A stretch of DNA of 64,000 nt from Octopus vulgaris (lineage: Eukaryota): contig OX597814.1 of the NCBI GenBank assembly GCA_951406725.2, forward strand, positions 222,704,001 to 222,768,000, written 5' to 3'. This document shows positions 27,520 through 41,044 of the stretch, in pieces. Each line of letters starts with the position of its first letter. The first letter of the stretch is position 1. The translations under genes were made by a program, and so were the position numbers. The notes below the pieces were generated by a model. That model saw only the letters and a program-made list of their open reading frames with translations, was not told the origin of the DNA and did no database searches.

Positions 27520-28345
27520 TACGCGTCCCGACCTCAGCTAACAAGCTAAACAAGCTTTTGCCCCTAGACATTCAAAGAGTAAAGCTTCCCCGCCAGCACG
27601 ACCTGAGAGCGTGGCCGCAGCGGAGGGGTCATCTAACCAGAGACGCCGGTTATTATAGTGGTCGGGGCCACTCACCCCGAAACTACGCGCTGATCAGGAT
27701 GCTCTGGTTTTTGCAGTTGGCAGCGCCTCCGCCGATTTTCTGCGAAACTTCGAGCGACCGAGCGAAGGAACAAGCAGGGCACCGATTTTCGTGGACGAAA
27801 CCACGCGTCCAGAGGGTGAATCCATCTGCCTACGGGATCGGTCGCAGACCCCTCGATGCACGGATCGTAACCTTACCTAAACGCCCGGTGTTTTCGAATG
27901 GCCGGTGCCACCTGGAACCAGAGGCTGCGCGCTAGCCGGATCCATCTAACCATCCCCGGGTGCGGCTATAATTGGGGTGGTGCAGTATTGGGCCCCTAAC
28001 AGGGAATCGCCGCATGCCCACATTTTAACACTCGTCCACCTCAGGTGAGGTGAGGGTCTGCGTACAGTTGCGGGACCTCCAGCTTTCGTGGCTAACCACG
28101 CGTCCAGGGGGAACGCCTTCGCGCTAATCTGTATTGACAGACGCCACGACAACGACCTCACCTAAACCCTTGGTGTATCTGAGTGGAGCGGTACCACCGG
28201 GGCCGCCAGGTAGTCGTACTGTCCCGGGTTCGACGCTGGTGCGGATCCACGGCAACGAGTTGCAGGCCAGTGCCAAGTTGGTCGGCTCGTACCCGAGGGC
28301 AGTCCCGACTGTGACTTATCCCGCCGGGTGGGCGTCGTTTGGGAT
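27520..28345. other. GC/CpG-rich island with diverged approximately 300-bp internal periodicity; origin unknown
   Basis: Abrupt composition change; TTTCGTGG..CCACGCGTCCAG at 27787/28084, ACCTYACCTAAAC at 27870/28155, CATCTAACCA at 27630/27943. Confidence 0.75.
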
Positions 28346-28349
28346 TTAA

Positions 28350-28950
28350 ATGGCATAATTTGTATATACAGTTATGTTGAAGTAGGTCATGCAAGAAAGT
28401 GCAGCATTGACGGCAAAACATTTGTGGAGTAAATGAGAGTCTAATTTGACTAAGCGATATGTAATACGTCTGTTTGGAGGATTCCAAGAATTAACCTATC
28501 ATGGAAAATTGGGAGTGGGAAGGATATGTAATTTTTAATCCTACCGAAAAGCTGTCAGTGGATATACTCGCCTTTGAGGCAGTTGACACTGCGTCTAACA
28601 AGTCCCATCGTATGGATCACAGTCAAATGAATGGAGGTATAATGGACATATAGTACGTAAATGGGCTGCAATGGCAGACAGCAACGGAGAAGTGAACTGT
28701 TGAAATTCTGCAGAAGGCGAAGGGTTGACATTGAATTGCTGGTGTGGCTGTAGAATCAGAAACATAAAGTGAGCTTATGCAGTTACATGAGAATATATAG
28801 TAATGAATTACTTGAAAAAATGAAGTATAATGGCTTCCAGCGTAGCGCGTATATAGTATGTCTGCATTTTTGTATGCACTGTAAATTAAACACACTATAT
28901 GTATGTGATGGCTGCTCAGTGCCCATACGAATTAAAACAATAGAAAATTT
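28350..28950 (+). pseudogene. piggyBac-like transposase remnant with Cys-rich C-terminus
   Basis: HNLYI...NICG patch and C-terminal CMHC...TLYVCDGCSVP. Confidence 0.55.
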
Positions 28951-28969
28951 CATAGAGATAATCTTTCTA

Positions 28970-29581
28970 TCACATTATGTATATGGCTGTGTATCTGTCC
29001 GTGAGTGTATGTGTGTAAGTGTATGACTGTGTATATGTCTCATGGTGTATGTGTCTTTCCATGTTATGTACGTTATTAAACAAACACACATCTACACATA
29101 CATATACATATGTAATGGCACGTTACCAAACATACACATCTACACGCACATATACATATGTGGCGACTGAGGTTTGTGTGTAACTGTACGTGCGTATATA
29201 CATCTCATAGAGTGTGGGTCTTTTCGCGTTATGTACGTTATTAAACATACACACATCTACAGATGCATATACATATGTAACGGTACGTTATCAAACACAC
29301 ACATCCAAACATACATATGTGACGTTTGACAATAACGATGACGTCACATTTTGTATATGACAGTGTATCTCTCAGTGAATGTATGTGCGTGAGTATACGA
29401 GTGTGTATAGGCTTCACAGTGTGTGTCTTTCTGCGTTATGCGCCTCTGATGAGAACCCAGTAAGGTCCGAAAATCGATTAAGGTCGTTCATCATCTTTTC
29501 AGTCTTCGGAGAAATGGCTAAAATTTGCCTTGTTTATAATCATACCATATGTTACATTTAATAACGTACCTAACGCAGAAT

Positions 29582-29614
<33 letters not shown>

Positions 29615-29690
29615 TGAGACATATACACACTCATACACTCACGCACACACATTCACAGACAGATACAAAGCCATATGCAAAACGTGATGT
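28970..29690. repeat. Tandem plus inverted diverged repeats around a hammerhead (PLE/retrozyme-like)
   Basis: Related units at about 28970-29160, 29170-29330 and 29340-29440; inverted copy at 29555-29690. Confidence 0.7.
29442..29484 (+). ncRNA. Minimal type-I hammerhead ribozyme
   Basis: GCCT-CTGATGA-GAACC/GGTCC-GAAA-ATCGAT-TA|AGGT; predicted UUA cleavage after 29480; stem II has one mismatch. Confidence 0.75.
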
Positions 29691-29951
29691 CGTCGTCGTC
29701 AGAATTATAAATAAGAGTATAATTAAAAAGTAAAATTAGGATTAAAAGTAAAAGTTAAACAATATATCACATTACAATATAGATCCTATTCTTTCACTTT
29801 TGACATGTAATACGGAACCAGTGTCAATGTTGCATTGCTTTAATCCAAAGAAATTACATGCTGACACTCAAGGGGTATCAATATGAAAAATTTGATTTGA
29901 TTCAGTTGCGCCGCTTTAGAGTGAATTGGAAACAGACCGAGAGACAAAAGC

Positions 29952-30008
<57 letters not shown>

Positions 30009-30287
30009 TAGATACGTAGATAGTAATTGAAATTTGTTGCAATGTTTCCGTCACTAACATGGCAGGCATATAGCTATATGCCATCTAAAACTCAAGATTT
30101 TTAGTAAGACATAATTTTATGTGTGGATGTACCTGATGGGACCCACACTGCAAAATGTATGTAGCACATGTTGATCGGAGACCCACCCATAAGGGACAGT
30201 AGCAGGATGGGTGGAAACGGCCGTTGTAGGAAATAGAGATTCATATCAATCCACCTTCTGGTTACTTAAGAAATTATTATTATTATT

Positions 30288-30823
30288 GAGTGAGAGAGCA
30301 GTGCATGCCATCAAATGACACTGGGGTAAAATATACGAAGCCCAATATACCCATCATGACTACCTGTCTGATAAGGGTACACCAGGCACATGCATCACAA
30401 CCATATGTGCGCGACATGGTGATCTCATATCAAGATAAACAGCACAAGACCTTGCAGGTGGGGCCCAGTTAGAATTTTCTTCTGGTCGAGTAACCCATCC
30501 CGCTCAAAAGGTCCCTGAATAAGGATTGTTTAAGGATGTTGAACGAAACACCCATGTTTCAAGAGGTGAATTATTCAAACCCCAAAGAATATCTCTCAAC
30601 ACATGGCCATTATGCTCCCCCACTACTTCTGCTCGTGATCAGAGATGCACATATTGTCAGCCACTAAGGGACATGCTCAACGGGTTAAGGTCAAACAACT
30701 GACAAGCAAATCTGTGGTATTGAGCAGAATATTTGCTGTAGCCCATCTTTTATACCAAGACAAAACAATGTACATGATAACACTTCCAATCAGTTAAGAT
30801 CAGAAGACACGAGAGCCACTGCA
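30288..30823. mobile_element. Probable interspersed repeat, class unresolved
   Basis: Discrete GC-richer block bounded by (TTA)n and (CAT)n; resembles a common Octopus repeat from memory only. Confidence 0.45.
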
Positions 30824-31036
30824 TCATCATCATCATCATCATCATCATCTGCTGCTGCTGCAGCAGCAGCAGCATCTCCTCAACTAATACAGCAGAGTTT
30901 CTGAAGTAGATCCAACGGAAATATACTCCGACTGCGGATGACACCAGATAGCAGAAACTGTGCCAGTGCACTACGCAACACTTCAGCACACTAATGGACA
31001 TATTCAACATACACCCATTAGTACAAAGTATTAAAC

Positions 31037-31090
<54 letters not shown>

Positions 31091-31114
31091 TTCTCTCTCT
31101 CTCTTAACACACAC

Positions 31115-31146
<32 letters not shown>

Positions 31147-31155
31147 GCAGAGAGG

Positions 31156-31342
<187 letters not shown>

Positions 31343-31998
31343 CATATGTGCATCTATGTATGTATGCATACGGATATCGGTACAAAATTTGTGTGTGTGC
31401 GTGTGCTCGTACGCGTTTATATGTGTATGTAGGTGTGTATAGTTGCATGCAAATATGCCCAGAGGTGAAAAATCAATGAAATATGTTACTTCACTCATCT
31501 AACTAGACTGGAAATGTCGGCTTTTAAATAACTGGTCGAAGGCCAGAAATATTTGGCGATCAGAAATATAAATCTATTGTTCAAGTTTTCACACCTAAAT
31601 GTAAATGCTATCATTGGGTCAATTTCAGCTTTAAATTTGCTGCTTGGTCTTACTTATAACTAATGTTTGAATAAGTACAGACGCGATGCCGGAACGGCAA
31701 ATAGTCTTATGCTTGAAGAATATCTATATCTACGTTGACGAGTAGATATAACGTCTGTTTTTATAGATTACCAATTCTGTTTGATTACAATTTCTCCAGG
31801 TACAACATCTTATTGCTTATAAGGCATACAGTCATGCAAGTCTCCACTGATGTTTTCACTGAGAATATGTAAAGAATCTTTAGTGTATTTAACCACATAA
31901 AATTTATTAAAATCTCACGCTTCGGTACAGCACGTAAAAATTTTGACAAGGCATAGGAGCAGGCAGAAGGAAGATGATTTTAAAATTATGTCGCTGAG

Positions 31999-32395
31999 GG
32001 CTGCGAGCTGGCAGAATCGTTAGCACGCCGGACGAAATGCTTAGCGGTATTTCGTCTGCTGTTTCGTTCTGAGTTCAAATTCCACCGAGGTCAACTTTGC
32101 CTTCCATCCCTTCGGGGTCGATTAAACAAGTACCAGTTACGCACTGGAGTCGATATAATCGACTTAATCCGTTTGTTTGTCCTTGTTTGTCCTCTCTGTG
32201 TTTAGTGCCTTGTGGGTATTAAAGAAATAGGTATTCGTCTGCCGTTACGTTCAAATTCCACCGAGGTCGACATTGCCTTTCATCCACTCGGGGTCAAAGA
32301 AATAAGCACCAGTTGCGCACTGAGGTCGATGTCATCGACTTAACCCCTTTGTCTGTCCTTGTTTGTCCCCTGTATGTTTAGCCCCCTGTGTGCAA
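31999..32395 (+). mobile_element. SINE family B with tandem duplication of its 3' part
   Basis: GGCTGCGAGCTGGCAGAATCGTTAGCACGCCGG head; the segment from GGTATTCGTCTG repeats at about 32230-32395. Confidence 0.88.
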
Positions 32396-32399
32396 TATT

Positions 32400-33870
32400 G
32401 ATCGAGATGATAACCATTAGGTATTGTTAAAATTAATCTCTGAATCTTCATTGATCAAATCCTCCTTGCTGTTGACTTGAAATTGCTGAAGAATCTCTAT
32501 TACATGAGCATATAATTGTCTTTGAACTTTGGGAATTCTTCCCTCACTAACTTGCAAACAGAATGATATGTCAGTCAAGCTTGAGAGGTAGTATCATTAT
32601 TGCTGATACAGTTTTGCACTCACTTATTAGTGGTGAGATGAAGTACTTCTCATTCGTGCCAAATTATGGATTTTTTCCAAACATGCTCCAATCAGAGAAG
32701 ACCTTTGTGCTCTTCGAACCACTGGAAGAATTTGACGAAAATCACCACCTAAGATTATCAATTTGCTACTAAAAATCAGGTCGTTGCTCAATACATTTTT
32801 CAGTGTTCGATTCAGCGCTTCAAATAGATAATATGACACATTGGTGCCTCGTCCCAAACAATCAAGCGTGCATCATGGAGCAAACGGCCAGTGACATCGA
32901 GAGGAGATATTTTGCATGTTGAATTACAGTTTATCGGTATGGAGAGCTTGAATTGAGAGTGAGTAGTGCGACCTTGCTTCAATAGAGTCGCAGCAATGCC
33001 TCATTATGCTGTTGCAATAACTAGTTGGTTGTTTTTGCGCACATAAAGCAGTAATTTATTAAGAAGAAAAGTTTTTCCAGTACCTCGGGGTCATCAATAA
33101 ATATCAAGCCACCTTCACTTCTATCAATTTTCTGTTGAATATTTTCAGAAATGATTCTCTGGTCATTATTTAGCTGTTGGATGTTAGCTTTGAAAAACTC
33201 AGGGATATTTTCAATTTTTATCATACCTGATTTACTGCATATACCAAAACTGGGATTGTTCACTGTTCCTCCCGTACGCTCTCCAATAAACATCAAAGCA
33301 TTGCAATTGTAGCAACGCACTTCGACGAGGCCGCTACTATGGCGAGCAACGTCAACGGGAACCTGTAGAAGTCCACCTATATCATATTGTCGAGCTATAT
33401 TAAGAGTCAGCCTATCATTGATTTACCGACGTGTTCTGTGTTATGATGCATTTTGTTCTAATATCTGCTCACGTTGTTCTTGTGACAGTTGTGGTCTTGC
33501 ATCTCTATGCTGAGCAGCATCTAATTCTATAATTTGCTTTCTTCGCTTCTGTGACTGCGCTAAACGGAGCTGACGCTGTCTTTTTGTGTTCCATTTACGT
33601 TGCTCTTCCTTCCGTTCTTGAGTTTGCTTCAATCTTCGTAATTGCTGACTCAAACATTTCGCAGTTCTTCTATAATTGGACATTTCCTTTTCTATAGACA
33701 TAAATCTTAATTAAATATTTATCAATTAAATAGAATAGTATGAAAATAAAAACATAATAGTGAGAAGGCGATTGTATTATGATGACAATGTTGGTATCTT
33801 ATTTACACAACGTGAGGTATAAAAATAAAGAAAATTACAAACATTTACATAGATACTTTCACGCACGTGT
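32400..33870 (-). mobile_element. Internally deleted Helitron (Rep/Hel remnant)
   Basis: N-terminal RCYNCNALMF...FGICSKSG fused to PIF1 helicase LNNDQR...GGLIFID, GRTTHSQFKL, LIVWDE, KLIILGGDFRQILPVV; the Rep domain is missing. Confidence 0.9.
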
Positions 33871-34004
33871 AATTATATATGTGAAAGTGTAAGTATGTAT
33901 GTTCTAAAAAATGAAACAAGAACGCAACTTGTGACAATAAAGCAACAGACGACAATAAAACATCCGGACAGATGTTTTCTTGTCGTCTGTTGCGTTCTTT
34001 TCCA

Positions 34005-34144
<140 letters not shown>

Positions 34145-34261
34145 GTATATATGTATGTATCGACTTAACCACTCCTACGAAATTGCTAGCTTTGGGAAAA
34201 ATTTGAAATCATTGTCGTCATCATCATTAATATTAATATTATTATTATTATTATCATTATT

Positions 34262-34320
<59 letters not shown>

Positions 34321-34322
<2 letters not shown>

Positions 34323-34922
34323 TATTCACAGACATGACGGAGTTGGAACCTACATACACTGGAAGCTATGCCAACATTATGGAATAACAACAGAAAAAAG
34401 ATGGTATAGGCACACACCAGAAAAGGTCACAGAAAACGAGAAAGCAACCATACTCTGGGATATACCGATACACACAGATAGAGTAATTAAGGCCAACAGA
34501 CCAGATATAGTTGTCAGAGATCATGAAGAAAAAAATGCTTTCTAATTGATGTATCAATACCGGCAGATGACAACGTGTCTCTAAAAGAAATGGAGAAACT
34601 TTCAAAATACAAAGACCTGGAAATAGAGATAACCAGAATGTGGAATCTAAAATCAGAAACAATTCCTATCATAGTAGGCGCATTAGGCATGATAAAAAAA
34701 TATTCAGACAAATACATAACAAAAACACCAGGACTCACAAACACATATAACATACAGAAAATTGCACTACTAGGGACTGCACACATCCTACGCAGAACAC
34801 TTTCCATACAATAACCATCAGAGCATCACAACAAATCACAGCACATACCCAAGGCACACAGAGCTGCGCTCGGTAGTGAAGTGAAATCACGCTATAAAAA
34901 TAAAACTACTGAATGATAATAA
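34321..34922 (+). mobile_element. Well-preserved 5'-truncated R4/Dong-like 3' end (RLE) in (TAA)n
   Basis: [14 protein letters not shown]...ILWDIPIHTDRVIKANRPDIVV, then one frameshift in an A-run, then LIDVSIP...KYKDLEIE...PIIVGALG...LLGTAHILRRTL*; preceded by (AAT)n and ending AATGATAATAAT. Confidence 0.93.
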
Positions 34923-35361
34923 TTTTTACCCTCCACGAAGTGTACACGAAATTACCCACCGGAAGAATTCACGGAGCGACTAACAACTAAACGTAGTCAC
35001 AGACGTTATATACTGATTGTTGCGGTTAGCCGTTAACTGAAACTTAGCTGAGAACTAATATATCCTTTCCAACTCATTTATATATATAGGGAGAAAAAAG
35101 GAGAAAGGGGAGAGGGAGAAATCCGAGATCTGGAATTATCCAGTAATATTTTGATAGTTTTTGTCTTCCCTCCTTGTGGTGTATGAACATTTAATGTGGT
35201 TTTAGAGTCAAGTTTTGGCTGGTATTTCCATCGTGGAGGTATCTCTTAGATAGCCTTAATAATAATTTTAATAATAATTATTACCTTTGAGGGTTTTTAT
35301 TTCCATGTTGGAAATTTCCACTTGTTACGATCGATATTTAAAGTAACGATCTTATCCTTAT

Positions 35362-35402
<41 letters not shown>

Positions 35403-35409
<7 letters not shown>

Positions 35410-36170
35410 ATTAACCTTGTTGATTTTCATTTTATTTAATATAATGTATATTATAATATATATTATAATTGGTAAAAAAATAATAGGAATGTAAATATTC
35501 ATTTATTTATATTTCATATTAACTCATCATAGTAGTGTTGACAGTCATGCTTCACATTTTGACTGTAAAGATGGGATTCTGTTTAAATACCTGTAGGCTC
35601 AAGTGCTAGGTTTTGCAACTGTATTCTACCAATCAGTGTAGTATCACTCATCAAGCTGTTGGTGTTGGCTATTGTTTAATCAGCTTGACTCTTGCTGGAC
35701 ATTGTTGGGTTATTTTTATGTTGTAAATATCCTTGTCAAGATTTTATATTATATTTCAATTGTCATCATCATCATTGTCAGACTTATATTGTTGAGTGAT
35801 GGTGGTGAATATTTAACCCAAAGATAATTTTCCCATAGTATTGTTGTGTTAGTGGTCGGTCGTAGCAGGGAAGTAATACCTCTAAGTATTATTATTATTG
35901 CTTATTTAGCTTTGAATTATCAATAAAATTTTTTCTTATATTTACTTTTAATTTAGAATGAAATATTATATATATTTCCGACACATGTTGCTAGGTGGTT
36001 ACTCAGTATTGACGGACTCGGTCTTAATCTGTTGCTTAATGGTTCTAATATGTTTCCGTCTGACTATATTTTTCACAGGATTTGATGGTAAATTAAATTT
36101 TGTTTGCAGTTCATATTCGCGTTTGTAATATTTTCCCGTTTGTGTTTATATATTGACGGAATGAATGCTG
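35403..36170 (-). mobile_element. Micro-deletion-riddled copy of the PLE at 50155-51250
   Basis: Collinear with 50158-51180, but about 770 bp versus about 1020 bp. Confidence 0.88.
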
Positions 36171-36327
36171 TGAATTATATATATATATATATATATTGTA
36201 TTATACATATATATAACATATATATATATATATACATACATACATACAAACATACATACAACATACATACATACATACATACATACATACATACATACAT
36301 ACATACATACATAAATACATATATATT

Positions 36328-36364
<37 letters not shown>

Positions 36365-36559
36365 ATGTATGCATGTATGTATAAAATTAGAAATGGAAAC
36401 CAAAATAATAAATTGAACAATTAAATAATTTAATCTCTTTATGATATAAATTCAATCCTATTATTTTATGCAAACAAATGACACATCTATTAAATTACAG
36501 CTATTTCTACACCATTAAAAAAAAACAACAGGTTTTTCAATAATAATAAGATATATACA

Positions 36560-36779
36560 CACGAGTTGGGAGCTGAAAGGTTCGTGACTGTAAGAGTATC
36601 GCGAAAGGCCTCGTTGGAGGTCCAACCTCCGGATTCTTTTTCAGGGTTTAGGAAAACTGAACGACCGAAGCGTTTTGTGTGTGAATCTGAGAAGGGAATA
36701 TGTTGAATACACTCATCAAAAACTTATCCTCCTGTATTTTCTTTTACACTAAGCCAGGAACTTTTCAGCATCCCTCGTA
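36560..36779 (+). mobile_element. Internally deleted mariner-like element (MITE)
   Basis: Imperfect TIRs ACGAG...GCTGAAAGGTTC and GAACTTTTCAGCATCCCTCGTA; transposase C-terminal patch FQGLGKLNDR..CVNLRREYVE. Confidence 0.75.
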
Positions 36780-36908
36780 CGTGCATGCATGGATGCATAC
36801 ATACATGCATACATACATAATGCATGCATAGATACATACATATGTACATACGTACGTACGTACATACATACATACATACATACATACATACATACATACA
36901 TACATACA

Positions 36909-36939
<31 letters not shown>

Positions 36940-37316
36940 CCTTAGTGATCCATAAAGAAAGGATAAGTATGCCCGTGTGGTTTATTTAGAGTGACACTAA
37001 GTGGTTGACATATCAGAAATAGAGCCTAGAAAACATAAAAAAAAACAAACATGTGTACAAATATCGTAAAGAAAGGTAAGGCCTCAATTATAGCTTTTTC
37101 TTTCTTCGGAAAATGCAGAAATGCTTTTAACGGCTATAAATACAGAGGACGACTATAAGAAAGCTTGTGTACACAGATGATTGAGGGAGAATGTCCCTTG
37201 ACACAAGAAGGATGCAAAGAAATATGATATGAATAACAAAACAAATATATATAAAACTAATATGTACAAAGTAAAATTGCGTGCCACCGTCATTGCGTGT
37301 GTCTATACATATATAT

Positions 37317-37373
<57 letters not shown>

Positions 37374-37567
37374 GTTGATATGTGTGTGTGTATACACGTA
37401 TATACATGTATATATATATATGTATTATGCATACATATATATATGTATGTATATATATGTATATATACATATATATGTGTGTGCGTGTGTGAGTGTGTAT
37501 TCACGTACATACATGTATATATGTATATATATATTTATATATATGTATATATATATTCATATATATA

Positions 37568-37618
<51 letters not shown>

Positions 37619-37874
37619 TATGTATACATGTGCCTGCATACTTGCACATATGTATATACCACAACACATACACACGCATATATGTATATACCACAACACA
37701 TACACACGCATATATGTATATATAACAAATACAGTGATATTATAGGCAATATATTATACACATATAACGTTTATTCTTGTAGTTGGTATTATAAATAGAA
37801 TCAACATCTGTATCATCAGCGTCAGCATTGTTCTTATTTCCATTCTGAGTCTTGTTATTATTCCATTAATGAAG

Positions 37875-38090
37875 ACGGTGAGCTGGCAGCATGGTGAACA
37901 CGCGAGACAAAACGCTTAGTTTGAACTCCTTACAGCTTCACTGTCTAAGTTCAAATTCTGCTGAGATCAACATTGACTTCCATCAGTTCAGTGTCGATAA
38001 AATAAACAGTTACCAGTTAAGTTGTGCAGTCGAATGTTATAGATTAGCGAACTCCACAAAATGTAAGGCCTTGCGTGTATATTAGAAATG
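37875..38090 (+). mobile_element. SINE family B, decayed
   Basis: CGGTGAGCTGGCAG...AGTTCAAATTC...GTCGATAAAATAA. Confidence 0.7.
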
Positions 38091-39887
38091 CTTATTATTA
38101 CTAATAATAACTTTTTATATCTCTATGTATGGGTGTAATTTTCTCATTTCATTATATTCTCATCTCTGTTCGTCGTGGTTTTCTTCTTTATTCTGTCTCC
38201 AGTCTTTCCATTCGGTTATCTTTTTTCCAAACTTATCACAGCTAATTTCACCCCCACCCACTCTCTACTTCAAATCTTATTTCTTGCATAATGAATTGTC
38301 TTGTCCTAAACTTGCGAGAGTCTTCTTTCTATGTTTGTGCCTCGCACGTATCATCCCTCACTAACTTCCACGAAATGCTTTTAACTCTCAACACAGAAAT
38401 ACTTTCTTTGTATACTTGTGTTTTTCCTTTCAAATATTTAGACTAACACAACAATTTTAGCACAGAAGATGGTTTTATTTGCATGAATATACCTTTCCCC
38501 ATAGATTTCTCTGTTTGTCATTGTCTCTACTTTTAAAGGATATATTCTATTACAATAAGTCTCTAGAGAGAGTTCTATTGTGTGATGAAGTTATTGTTTG
38601 CACGTGTCGAAATGAATAGATTGGATAAGTTTGGCTCCTGTTTGTGAGTTCAAAAATATTATGTTGCAACAAGGTATGTGTGGCGACAGAGTTGGTAATT
38701 GGTAATAAGTATATATTTAACAGTGTAAATAATAATTAAAAAAATAGGGTATCCCTTCCATTGTCTTACTACATGTAAATAAAACTGCATGTATATGAGT
38801 TAATTATCTCGCCAAATTCACATGACACTTCAAATCAATCCCTTTTAGTGTTATAACTTGATTCACAAGTAGTTGTGCCGTAGATATATCTACAGCATGA
38901 CAAATAGTTATTTTAACGAGTGCAGATACACATACGAGTTTTCACAATGGAAAACATAGGTATGAAATATTGTCTGTTGTCGATTTATTAATTTCAAATA
39001 CCAACTTGTCGAATAGGAAACAAATTAGATAAATAAGACAAAGTAGAGAAATTATTCAACTGGTAGACCACGAGGTGCCGGTTTGTACCCTGTTATCAGC
39101 AATCTACTTGATATATATCCAGCAAGTCTTTGCTCTTAATTTTCAAAAAAATATTCCTGTATAACACATCGGATGAAAATCTAATTCCTGCAAGCATGTG
39201 CGGTATGATAAAGTTGACGTGCACTCTTTTAGACATCAGTGGTGAACTAAAACTTTGCATAGTAAGAAGCGGATGAGATACGCAAGCAATGTCAACTTTA
39301 TATAAACATGACATATTCAGTGTTAGCGACATTACGTAATGGCATGCGCGGCTCATCATCACCTTATATGTAAATCTAAACTATCACAGGCACATATCGG
39401 AAATGCTGTTGGAAAAAAACTTCTTTCGTTCAAAAAGGAACGATGTCATGACATGTAGGTTATTCAAATTGAGAACCTGATCCGTCTGTTTATTTGGGGT
39501 TTTTTTCATATGAACACAATGCTTGATTGGAAAAATATCTAATTTGATTTCTAATACTTCCTAATTGCAGTCTACAAATGAACGAACTGTATACAGCGCA
39601 TATTTATTTAATCAACACTCATCAATTAAAACAACATTGGTGGAATTTTGATTGGCGCTGAAATTAAAGAGAAATGAAATAACATGAAATATTCAGTCGT
39701 AAGGAATAAAGTAATACCTAGATCTTCCCCTAAAATATCTTCTGATTATGCTATTGTTGTATACAAAGTACTGAGGTAGTTTGTAGACTTAGAACTTCTT
39801 TATACAGTTTATTTAACTTTCCAAATAAGAAGCTTGACTGGTTTCCCGATAATTTAATTAAAAGCATTGCTGAAATTGCACTCATAC

Positions 39888-40036
39888 CTAATATCATGTT
39901 AACAACTCTGCCCTCACAACGATGTTCTTTTCGAATGTGTTGAGGTAGCCCGTAACATTTATTGTAACAAAAGTCAACACAAAATTCACAGCAAATAAAA
40001 CCAGTATACTCAGTAATGCAATGAGAATCAGTAAAT
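39888..40036 (-). CDS. Candidate internal coding exon (149 nt), Cys-rich, protein unidentified
   Basis: TTCCTCATTAG| ... AG|GTATGA; open frame FTDSHCITEYTGFICCEFCVDFCYNKCYGLPQHIRKEHRCEGRVVNMIL; lies in non-repeat sequence. Confidence 0.4.
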
Positions 40037-40832
40037 CTAATGAGGAACATAAGTTGAAATTACAAATGCTTTAGAAATAAATGGATATCACATAAGAATA
40101 ATGTAAGTCTGAAAGAACTAAGGTGTAACACGTCTGAGAGAATGAACTCGTATGGCTTCCAATACCGAATTTAAACATTAAGAAAAAACAAACTATTAAT
40201 CTCATTATTTCCATTTCTCTCTCTTTACTTCTAAATATTTGATTTCCTGAGAGCTAATGTGAAATATATATCTGTTCATTTTTAAATAGAAATACAGCTG
40301 CCGTTTATTTTAATATTTCGTATAGTGCTAATATGGACCATGAACTATTAATTTTATTAAATGACTAACTGAAAACAAATAGTGTGTAAACGGTAATATT
40401 CACATTTATTACGGAGTTTATTACTTACTTAGTTCAATTAGCAAAAGTCGAAAATTATTTTCTTTCAATTACACATAAACGCATTTCAACATTTTTCTTA
40501 TTCTCTCTTTCTTTTTCTACCTCCTACCCACACGCACCATGAGCACAAACACACCAAAGCATAAGCACTTTAACACCTTTCTATTTATTCGTATGAAGAA
40601 ATCTTTAACACATGAGATACTCTATTTCCTAAGACTATTGTGGTATAGATGCAGGATACCAATATAATAATAAGTTTATGTATGTATATACGGGCCTGTG
40701 TAAGCATAGAAGCATATGCATTTGTGTGAGTTTATGAGGTATATATATATATATATATAAATGTATCACGTGTGTACCGTTGGCGGTTTTTTTGCTCCGT
40801 CTTCCCTTCCTTGGATCTTTCCTTTTCCTATG

Positions 40833-40865
40833 TTTCTGACGAAGAACTCCGCACGAAACGTTAAA
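40833..40865 (+). ncRNA. Minimal hammerhead motif with decayed stem II in a short PLE-type repeat (about 40765-40940)
   Basis: TTT-CTGACGAA-GAAC..GCAC-GAAA-CG-TT-AAA; flanked by (TA)n. Confidence 0.6.
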
Positions 40866-40934
40866 TCCTTCTTCTTTCCTTCCTTTCCTGGGCGTCCAAT
40901 AACACTATACTTGTTCCACGTCCTCGCGTTGTAG

Positions 40935-40993
<59 letters not shown>

Positions 40994-41044
40994 CGCGTAT
41001 ATATATATATATATATATTCATATATGTGTGTGCGCGTGTATAC

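Noticed and set aside
27527-27537. CGACCTCAG resembling the 28S rRNA 5' end
   Set aside because: There is no continuing rRNA homology.
27483-27935. 150-aa ORF in the GC-rich island
   Set aside because: No recognisable motif; long ORFs are expected by chance at high GC.
29060-29325. Spaced repeats resembling a CRISPR array
   Set aside because: Eukaryotic context, degenerate CA/TA-rich units, non-unique spacers and no cas genes.
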